Assembly: GCA_004764695.1 (NCBI GenBank)
Contig: SMSO01000004.1
Location: forward strand, 1,736,001 to 1,800,000
Direction: 5' to 3'
Source of the DNA: Schizochytrium sp. TIO01
Taxonomy: Eukaryota > Protista > Bigyra: Labyrinthulomycetes
DNA length: 64,000 nucleotides
The translations under genes and the position numbers were made by a program. How positions within the stretch are numbered: position 1 is the stretch's first letter; every line of letters starts with the position of its first letter. Below the pieces are notes generated by a model, which was not told the origin of the DNA, did no database searches, and worked only from the letters and a program-made list of their open reading frames with translations. Positions 38,725-47,986 of the stretch are shown piece after piece.

Positions 38725-41564
38725 GAAAAAAAAGGGGAAAAAAGGGGAAAAAAGGAAAACAAACAATCAGGGGAAGAAAAGGAGAAGAAAAAGCACACAA
38801 AGAAAAGCGAAAGAAAATAGAAGAAAAGAAAGAAGGGGAAAAAGGAAGAAAAGAAAGAAAAGGTGTGAGAGATGTGTGGTGGAGTAACGACCAGTCAACG
38901 CGTTGTTGAAAAGGGTTGCTGATCTTTTCTTTCTCGCCAGATTCGTGCTTGCTTTCTAGCTTTCTAGCTTTCTAGCTTTCTTGCTTGCTTGCTTGATTTG
39001 CTTATGGTTTGTGGGAGTGGCTTGAGTTTCCAACAAACCCATTGCTGTAAGCCTTTCAAGTAGAAGCAGTAGCACAGCTCAGCAATCTATTTGGTTCATT
39101 TGCTCATGCATGGATGAGTTGAAATCTGTCTGTCTCTGTCTCTGGAGGAGTGCATGTCCTTTTGGTTCATTTGGCAACTAACTCGCTCATATTTATTCGC
39201 TCACTCACTCACTCAGCAACGCAAGGCAGCAGACCAGATCCCAAACTAACTGCCTTTCACACAGAAGAAAGAAACAGCGCCCTGCCATCTTCAAGCTCTG
39301 AGATCCGTCTTTTATTTGAAAGGAAGGTACGTTGGCATTGAGCTCGTTGTGCTCGAACACCAAAGCACAGGAAATCAAGAGTTCAGAACGACATAATAGA
39401 GAGAGGAGAGAGAAATAGAACCGGAAAGGCAAAACAACAACAACAACAACAACACCAACACCAACAGAAGTTTTCAGAAGGATTTCAGAAGTTTAAAGTT
39501 GCTGCAGTTTGGGAATTAGCAGAGAAGAAACGAAAAGAACCCTTGCAGCAAGTAGGTACCACTTCGTTTCACGAAAGAAAGCATTGAACTTTGGTCTCAA
39601 GAGTTGCCTGCCTACCTCTGACCTTTCGTCTGTTTGCTGCATGCTATTCGCTGTGTGCTTTGCTTGCTTGCGGGTTGGCGATCCCTGCTTGCGGGTTGCT
39701 TCTTTTTAGTGGTGGAGTGTGCGATAAGGACCGCTCAATTGTCTTGTTGGGATTGCAATCTCGTCGCATTCGTTCAAAACGGGCAGTCAGTCGGCTAGTA
39801 TCCTCTCCTGGCGCTCGCTTGGTATACTTCGCGGTGTCTGTCTGTCTGTCTGTCTATCCTTGAATTGGTTTGGTTCGGTTTGGTTTGATTACTTGATGGA
39901 GCTCGTTCATTCGTGTATGTATGTGAGTGTTGAGCAACGTATTGATCATTGACTAACTAACTAACGCACTTGGCTCACTCGATTCGATTGCCTGATTGAT
40001 TGAATCATTCATTGCTTCGTTTGTTCAAACAGCCCTTAGCAGGCAGGCATAGAGGACTCGGGAGAAAGGCCTCGGTGGCCAAACAAGAAGTACTTCTGTT
40101 GGTTTAGGTACTCCTACTCAGCACGCATCCCCTCCTTCGGCCGTTTGAGCCATCTATCTTCGTTCTGCGTTGCTCTTTGTCCTTTGTCCTTTTTGTCTTT
40201 CTCAGCATAAAAGGAGGGCAGGAAGGAAGGAAGGAAAGAAGGAAAGAAGGAAAGAAGGAAAAAGACTTTCTTCCTCCAGACTGAGAAAGAAAGAAAGAAA
40301 GAAAGAAAGAAAGGAAGGAAGAACGCAACCAGAGGCGGGCGAAACAAGATTGATCCAAAATACAGATAGGAAGGCAGGCGGAGAACAAAGACGCTCGCCC
40401 GGTACTCCGGCTTGTGCTGTGCTTTTGTATTTCCTTGTACGGTTTCTCCTCCTCGTGGCTGTGCCGCGCCGAGATCGGGCTGGGGCTTGGGCTTGTGCTT
40501 GTGCTTGAAAGAGTTCATCTCTTCGGCTGGGCTTCCTAACTGCTTAGTGATACACGGTCGCAGAGTACCGGTTTGTCATAAGAGAAAGGATAGGGTACGG
40601 TAGAGATACCCAGCGGTAGAAGTCCGCGCTGTGAGGACCCCATCTAGTGCACCTGCAATCGAACCAAACCCTGAGTAGAAACCAAACCCGGCTGCGTGTC
40701 TGCCGCGAGAAAAAGCAGGGATCCCCGAGGCAGAAGCCGCTTGCGGCCGGGAGAGGCACAGCGCCTGGGCTGACTTGGTGGCAACAATTGATCGTGAGTG
40801 GCGCCAAGAAGGCTGACGACGGTTTGTAGCGGGCAGAAAAGGTGAAACGATAGAGTGCGAGGACTCTGAGGAGTCCTCGCACTAGTTCGTCGACGCTCAA
40901 CAGTTGCAACTCGAGAGAGCGACGGAGTAGTCAGTACGCGTGAGAGTCCTCGCAGTAAAGGACCACCTCCCATCTGCATCAAAGTGCGAAAGGTTTGCGA
41001 TTCTTGTGATCTCTTCGTGACACATCGTGGTGGACAAAACCAAACTGGCGACAGCAGCTCTTGGCCAACTCCACGTCAACTCAATCTTAAACTTAGAGCG
41101 CGCGCTTACCGTGGACAATTTGCGGAGAACTAGCTCATCATATTTCTTACGTGTAACGTTGATATATGCGGCAACGATTGCATAATCAATCTCGATATTA
41201 TTCAACAGAGAAAGAACTCAGAAGTCGCAGTTCTCACTCTTGCTGCTGAGGTGAAGCTGCCAAGAGAAAGCATAGAAAACCCAAAAGACACAAGCTCCAC
41301 CTTCAACATTAAAAGAAAAGTGGACAAGGCCTATTGCTTCTAACATTGCTGTTGACAGCAGTGCGAATCGTGACCTCTCTCTCTCTCTCTCTTCCCCTCT
41401 CTCTCTCACGTGGACAGGCGCGCTCTTCCTCGCTCTCTTTCCTTTCGTTGAAGATCGCTCTACGTAGAGCGCTCCCCAATCAATACGTTCGTGTTTAGTT
41501 CATCACATACCATCCAATCTTATTCGTACACGGATCACTACGCACGCTACCCAGCACACCCACA

Positions 41565-43781
41565 ATGAAGATTAGAGTGGATGGCGGAAAGGTAGCTCCA
41601 TCCAAGAAGCGACCAAGAAGCTCAACAGCACCAGGTAGTACCTCCCATGAGCCTTCGCCCCCACCCTCTGTTACATCGAACACTTCCACAGCAACTAGTC
41701 AAGCGTCAAAACCACTTTCGCAAGACGATGCAATTCTACAGCGAAACCCCCAGCAACCAGCCACAGCGCCACCTTTAGGGCCGTCTTCGTCTGCACGTAA
41801 ACCTCACCAGCCAGCCACAGCGCCGCCCTTAGGGCTGTCTGCAACCACATCATCTACTTCCTCAAGCTCCTCTTCCGCATCCTCTTTGCGGCATCAGCAA
41901 GCACCAAAACAACAGAATCCAACATATGCAACGGCCTTGATGAAAAATTCTTCAAACCATCACAGTTCAAAACTCTCGCGGAGTTCCTCATCCGGACAAC
42001 AGAGCCTTTCCTCATATAAGGACTCCTCACAAAACTCAGGGAGGGATATCGCATCAGTGCCAGAGGAGAACGCGTCGAGGTCTTCCTCTACAATTGCTAA
42101 CACATCCGCTGCGACCGTAGCCAAACGCCGCAAGGTTGGGTCTCCGCTGCTCGAAGATGCTGGAGAGAAGCAAAACCGCTTCTTGTCAACCGATCGTCTG
42201 AATATGGCACGCAAGCTAGTGCGCGGACTCATTCCTTATTATGGCATTGTCGGACCGCCAGGCGAAAACATTCCAGTGAACAAGGCACTTACTGAGCTCA
42301 AGGATCGCTTCAAAGATGACTGGGATGGCATCTTCAACGTTGCAGCTGTTCTCATCGATAAGCAGTTTAATACTGGGGGGCAAGGGCCCTCTGCGAACCT
42401 CACTGACGTCGACGCTGTATGCCGCTTCTTTCTCAAAGAGCCTGTCGAAAAGATTGCCAAGCACGCTAAACGTACTTTCTATTATGCTACACTGGATACA
42501 CTTAATGGATCCCTCAAAGACAAGAATAATTTCACTTTCCGCGAAAATGACCCTGAACCTCTACATCACCCTGAGAATAAAATTGCGCTTGAGGCCAAGG
42601 CTAGACTCTCTGCAGTGCAACCTTCTCTCTCAAAACAAATGGACAAATTGCTTTCGACTCTCCAAGAATCGGCCCAAAGAATTGCAGAAACTGTGGAATC
42701 CTCGCTCGGAGAGAACCTAACGTATGCGCAAGCAAGCTGTATTTCAAAGTGTATTGGTGTTTTACAGAGGGTACTTTCAAGATCTTCTTTCAATCAGCCC
42801 TCGACAGAGTCTATGCTACCCACACAATTATTCCAACAGCACACCCCACAGCAACAGCAACAAGCTCAAAATCAACTCCAACACCAACACCAACTGCTAG
42901 CGCATAACAATAGCATCATGGCTGCCTTTGCTGCCTCTCAATCTCCGACGAGTGTCCCCGCCTCGTCTGTGTCTACCACCGTTCCAAACCTTGCGAATTC
43001 GGCCTCCTCGCAGTCCTCGCAGTCCTCGCACCCCTCTGGCCTCCACTCACAGCAGCAGCAGCAGCAGCAGCGGCAGCCACAATCGATGTTCTTTCCTGGA
43101 CCAAACCTTGTGCAAATGCAGCAGAATGAACTTCGCTCCGCTGCCTCGGATCCTTCATCTCAGATCAACCTCAACAGTTTATACTTGGGAAACCCCGACC
43201 CTCATACCGCCATGCAGCAACAACAGATAATCCAGCAGCAATATCTGCAACTTCAGCAATTGCAGCAACAACAGCAACAGCAACAACAGGATAACTTAAA
43301 CAATAATAACCAGAGTTCTGCTCGCCAGCAGCCGGCAATGCAACCTCGTTCGGATCTAACGAACGCAGCTATGATGGACGCAGCAATGCGACTGGCTATG
43401 GCTGGACAGCCATACTTCTCAGAAGCCACTCAGCAAACGATGTTGCAGCAACACTTCCTTCAGCAGCAAATTCTCCTGCAACACCAAGTGCAACAGCAAC
43501 AGCAGCAGCAGCAACAACAACAACTTGGTGGTAGCAGCAATAGCAGCAGCAGCAGCAGCAGCAGCAGTAGAAGTTCTAGCAGCAATAATAACGGTTCGCA
43601 CTTCGAAGAACCTCAGCGTGCTCAACAGCAGCGCTTTCCTTCGCAACTAGGTTTGCAAGGTCCGTTTCCTGGGTTGGACCTTGCTACTACGCAGCAACAT
43701 CTGGGGCAACCCGGTTCCCAAACCCAAGCAAACCAGTTTCAGCAGTTCTTTTTTGATCCGCAAAACCACAAAAGAAGCTAG
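41565..43781 (+). CDS. Orphan Q/S-rich protein, probably a nuclear regulator, with an unrecognised central folded domain of about 200 aa
   Basis: Intact 738-aa ATG ORF. NLS-like KKRPR and AKRRKV. Ser/Pro-rich N-terminus with a duplicated QPATAPPLG. Globular-looking region FLSTDRLNMARK..IGVLQRVL. PolyQ/polyS C-terminus. Confidence 0.8.
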   Translation: MKIRVDGGKVAPSKKRPRSSTAPGSTSHEPSPPPSVTSNTSTATSQASKPLSQDDAILQRNPQQPATAPPLGPSSSARKPHQPATAPPLGLSATTSSTSSSSSSASSLRHQQAPKQQNPTYATALMKNSSNHHSSKLSRSSSSGQQSLSSYKDSSQNSGRDIASVPEENASRSSSTIANTSAATVAKRRKVGSPLLEDAGEKQNRFLSTDRLNMARKLVRGLIPYYGIVGPPGENIPVNKALTELKDRFKDDWDGIFNVAAVLIDKQFNTGGQGPSANLTDVDAVCRFFLKEPVEKIAKHAKRTFYYATLDTLNGSLKDKNNFTFRENDPEPLHHPENKIALEAKARLSAVQPSLSKQMDKLLSTLQESAQRIAETVESSLGENLTYAQASCISKCIGVLQRVLSRSSFNQPSTESMLPTQLFQQHTPQQQQQAQNQLQHQHQLLAHNNSIMAAFAASQSPTSVPASSVSTTVPNLANSASSQSSQSSHPSGLHSQQQQQQQRQPQSMFFPGPNLVQMQQNELRSAASDPSSQINLNSLYLGNPDPHTAMQQQQIIQQQYLQLQQLQQQQQQQQQDNLNNNNQSSARQQPAMQPRSDLTNAAMMDAAMRLAMAGQPYFSEATQQTMLQQHFLQQQILLQHQVQQQQQQQQQQQLGGSSNSSSSSSSSSRSSSSNNNGSHFEEPQRAQQQRFPSQLGLQGPFPGLDLATTQQHLGQPGSQTQANQFQQFFFDPQNHKRS

Positions 43782-44942
43782 AAGGGACTGGTCAGCTCTC
43801 CACTTCATCATCAGGTCCCACTTCCGCTGAAGCATCGTTAACTCTATGTTCTTCTTTATGAAGCGATCTTCTATGGCTGGAAATCCTTCAAGCAGTTTCT
43901 CTGATCTAACCTAAGTCAGCTTATGTGTAAACCTGCATATGCGATTGAACATCAAGCCTTTGGAACTTTGTGTGGCTGCGGAGGGTTGGTATACGTATAT
44001 AAACAAGGCATCTCTGCTCCTGCCTGCACGCATCATCTATTGAATGAAATGCCTTTCGTGATACGCGTTGAGTTGTAAGTGTGTCTAACAGGCAGGAAGA
44101 ACACGTTCCTTAGTCTACCTGCACGTATCCATATGACAGCTTTTCAAGCTCGGGGTACCAAAATAATTTAGTTCCATGCTATTGTTTCTGATTTTATGCA
44201 CTTACTCATTTATAGACTCATTTAATTCTTACCAATTTTCAAGAATCAGTGTTGGCTTCTAATAGACACTTTCTTTTAATCCAGTTCGAGGCAATGAATT
44301 TGGCACCCATACCAAACCTTAAATTCGGTCGATCGCGGGTACCTCTGTTGGCTGCATGAGTTCGGTCACGAATGTTAGCCGAGGGTTGTGCAAAGTAACC
44401 TTCTTTTTCTTTTTCTTCTCTTCATTTTATTATAACCCTTTCGTTTTACTCCTCTCGGTTCTGGTTTCGTTTTTTAACAATTTTAAAAATCACTACTTCC
44501 TTTTCTTTCCTTTTTTTTTCTCTGCCCAAATTTAAGTTCGAATTGAATCAACCAAAAACACGTATCGCAATCTGAACAGCGCGCAAAGAGTTTAAAGCAT
44601 GATTGCGCATATATGTATTGTGACATCTGCACGTTAAAGCTATCACTCGGAACATTATATTTCATTAACTAGTTAGCCGTACAAAGAGAGGGTAGGAGCT
44701 TGTTATCGCAGTAGCTGCAACGAGAAGATTAACTAAGTGCTGTACTTCACACTATTATGGTGCATCAGCAGAAACATACCGAATAAGATATTGGGTATCT
44801 TGACGTATGTAGAGCGTATGTAATCAACTGAGAACCTGCACTATCTTCTACTTCGCCAAGTTCATGCAACTTGAAGGTTTTGCGCCCAATAACCTCAGCT
44901 GATTTAAGAATTGCTATCGCACAGAACCTCGAGCATGCACCT

Positions 44943-45285
44943 TGGCTCTGTGAAAATCATTCCGTTATCCTTTTGCCTAAATTTGAACCCTCAACAAGTT
45001 AACAAGATGGATCAAAATCAAGACAGCTTGAATGATGTGTCATTCGTTGGCTTCCGCAAAGCGCTCACTCCCAAAGCCGAGCTTTCCCCTCGCCAGTGGC
45101 GTAAATTGGTTAACCTCCGAGATGATTACCCTTCAAAGCCATGCAATGAATGTTGGGCCATCCACGATCAGCTCAGAACATCCAGGGTATTCAAATGCCC
45201 CCAAAAATATAAATACATAGCAGATCGTGATATTTACGACACCAGAGTCATCCTTTTGTGCTACCTATCCAAGGACATGATTTAA
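44943..45285 (+). mobile_element. Decayed Fanzor2 / IS607-TnpB-like RNA-guided nuclease remnant (RuvC-II, zinc finger, RuvC-III); pseudogene
   Basis: Three frames read in order: WLCENHSVILLPKFEPS (44943-44993), RWIKIKTA*MMC (45005-45040), and FRKALTPKAE..WRKLVNLRDDYPSKPCNECWAIHDQLRTSRVFKCPQKYKYIADRDIYDTRVILLCYL (to stop 45285). This is collinear with the Fanzor2 pattern WLCENYxVILLPxFE..KTARxMxxWSHYxFRxxLxxKA..ExYTSKTCxxCGxIHxxLxxSxxFxCPxC..DRDxNGARNILLRYL. Confidence 0.85.
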
Positions 45286-45400
45286 GAACTGTCTTTGAGT
45301 CGCGGGTTAAAACTAACCTGAGATTGGGACTTAGTCTCACGTCACCATAGGAAATGCAAATTTGCGAATTTTATAGGTTCATCTCGATGTGAACCTCTTG
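45286..45400 (+). ncRNA. Candidate Fanzor omegaRNA scaffold / element right end: four consecutive stem-loops
   Basis: Stems GGTTA/TAACC (45305-45318), TGAGATTGG/TTAGTCTCA with G-U pairs (45319-45339), ATAGGA..TGCA/TGCG..TTTTAT (45347-45374) and perfect AGGTTCA/TGAACCT (45375-45396), immediately 3' of the nuclease stop. Confidence 0.5.
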
Positions 45401-45941
45401 AATTCTAAACTAGCACCTACCTACTACTTAGTGAAACACGGTGGTACAAATAATAAGGTTTGAGGTTCAGGTCCAACAATTCCAAGAAGTCCAGTAGATA
45501 CCATGGCCGCAATTTACCGTGAACTAGTCCATTCGTATCTGACTCGCCCGCCAAAGCTACGCGTGGTAGCGGTAGTTAGGGTTGTACAAACTGCTCCTTA
45601 TGATCGGCAAGAGCTTCATAGAATGAAACAAATTAAAACTTCAGGGCACACATGAGCTTGACGCTCGTCGCTTTCCACGTTTCGAGCACAATTTGTTCAA
45701 TTTAGTCACTTGCAGTTGCAAAACAAATAAATGTGTGTACAGACTCAGAATTATAGCATGAGCAGCTCAAACCATGGTGTCCCTCCCCGGCAGGAGTGTG
45801 AGCGAGGGACTTGAGCCACAGAGTAATGAAATGAATTTAGTACCAGCTAGTGGAAATATATTCTGATATTACACTTTTGTTCCTGTAGTAAGTAAGCAGG
45901 CAGGTAGGTAGGTAGGTAAGGCTGTGTAAGTCTCAGCGTTT

Positions 45942-46870
45942 TGGCCATATCAGGATGGTGGAATCATCGCTGCCCATGTTAGTTAAGAGTTGCAGCAGCA
46001 TGATGCCTTGCAAAATTAATCCGCTCTCTTGCAGAGGAATCGCATTGTGCTAGTGATGGATGGCGCGTTCTCGGTAGGTATCAACTACGTAGAAGTCAAG
46101 ATCTATTGAGCTTTGATTACCAAATATGACGTCTTGCTGCAAGGCACTGCTAATAAACGCTTCAAAACCAAACAACTGAGCGCATTTTTAGTGATTTTCG
46201 GTTGGTAATACATCTGCCTCAAACAGAACTCTATGAAGGGGCTTTTGGGCTTGGAAGCGATTGGGAGGTAGTGTCTATTGTTTCTATGTAGCATCATGCA
46301 AGGAGCTCTACTAGTTTGTGCATCACAGTTACCTACTTCCCTCCTTCGAAAAGACCACCAGTGTTAGTAGAAGTAGTATTAGCAGCAACAGTAGAAGTTC
46401 AGGTACTACTACTGCTACTTCTAAGTGGCTTCGCTGTGCTCGTCGTGGACGGCGAGACCCTGCTCGCGAGTGGGAGGTACATTACCCCATCAATTTTTCT
46501 TCTGAATGAGGAGGAACCCAGGCAGTATACGCTTCTTTTCCTGATACCCCCGGTACCTACTCGGATGCCTAGAAAGTTTGATGCTAACGTTGTACTCATT
46601 TGGGATTTGAGATAGACACAGCTCGTGACTTTTGCATGGTCGAATCACAGGGTAGTAGTAGTATTGGAGAGAGCCAAGTTCATGAGTCCTGCATTTCCAG
46701 CTAGATCACATCAAGAAAATGATCGCGATGTTCTTGATTATTGTGGCAATAGACTCCACTTTGGTAATATCTGCCTTGGCACAGCAAGAAAGAAACGTGA
46801 TGTCTTGATTTCGTTCAAGGTGCCCAGCGAACAACCTCTTCGTATGCAAGCAGTGACGCTTCGAATCTGA
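45942..46870 (+). pseudogene. Possible decayed VWA-domain gene
   Basis: Stop- and frameshift-broken fragments RNRIVLVMDG..VGI, GAFGLGSDWE and LHFGNICLG..RDVLISFKVP..VTLRI resemble the VWA (xRIILxTDG; TFGxGxD) and post-VWA Ig-like motifs. Confidence 0.3.
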
Positions 46871-47803
46871 GTTCGTTGCTTTCACTCGCTCGATTTCAGG
46901 CACTGATTGAAATGTATCTAGGTGCGTGTGCAGCAGAGCAATGAGGATGAACGAATCAGCTGAGACACCCCTGCATTTCATGCGTCAGCAAACTACTTTC
47001 AGCGCCTTCTTCGTTGATTCAAGTTTTGAAGGCTCGCCGCCATGCACAGGCGACTGATGACAACGACATTGACTGCGAGTGAAGTAGTGAAGTAATAAAC
47101 TGTACTTTTTCTTATCTATTGCCTTTAAGGCTCACGTCTGATCAACTTGCTTCCACGGAAATTCTAAATGCATTAGTTTCTGGGTAGGTAGGTAGGGAGG
47201 GAGGGAGGTACCTACCTGCTTCGTATGGGAGGTGACAACTTTGGCACTTTCGTGGCGAGCTTTGATCGCTAGTAAGTTTTCCTTCCTGCTCCGACGGCGG
47301 TCTTGTACACAAAGAATGCGAGGCAGTACTTCCTCACCCCCAAGAAAATTATTAGGAACAACCTTAATAGTCCAAAGCAAACAATCAAACAAACCCAAAT
47401 TGAAAACAATTAAGCAGACAAACACAGCGATCAAATCATCAAGCATACTCAAGCCTCGTAGCTGGTGGAAACACTGGACATCATCAAGTCGGAACACATT
47501 GACTAAGCTCTTGGAGTCCACGCGAGAGGTAAGGAGCTTCAAGAGGCTCTCTGCTATTGGTACCTTAAGGATTGGCATCGTCCCTTTCTTTAGCGCTCAT
47601 TGAACTGGAACAAAACAAAACTGCAAAGCAAGAAAATAGACATATCCCACTCGTACCCTTCGCGTGCGGCTAGGCGCGCGCCAACTTTGAGGCGTCGAAG
47701 AGGTAAGCTTGCAGAGCTCGCAAGCTCCGCAAAGAAGAGGACTATCAAGACCTCATAGGAGCTCGAAACCCAGGGCGCTCTTGCCTTCGAGGTCATTTGA
47801 CTC

Positions 47804-47869
47804 GCGCACGTGCAGGGTGGAGCGTGCGCACGTGCAAGAGAACTATAGAGAGAGAGACACATCTATAAA
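47804..47869 (+). promoter_or_regulatory. Twin E-box (GCGCACGTGCA x2) plus TATA-like box upstream of the Sec14-PH gene
   Basis: Identical 11-mers at 47804-47814 and 47826-47836 (22-bp period). TATAAA at 47864-47869, about 120 nt before ATG 47987. Confidence 0.45.
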
Positions 47870-47986
47870 CAGTTCAAATTGAGAGTAAACCGCCAGCGCT
47901 TCGTTTGCAGCGGTGCTGTAGATTAGAATTGGGATTCTTAGGTCAAGTCGAGAAGTTGGAGATTGTTGTTGCTTGGCGCGAGTACT

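Noticed and set aside
44330-44400. Hairpins upstream of the Fanzor remnant as a possible left end
   Set aside because: The stems are imperfect, there is no similarity to the downstream end beyond tcgcgggt, and no second copy defines a boundary.
44911-45285. The 124-aa ORF as an intact mini-nuclease
   Set aside because: Non-ATG start, RuvC-II lies in another frame, RuvC-I is missing and the zinc and catalytic motifs are degraded. It is a pseudogene fragment.
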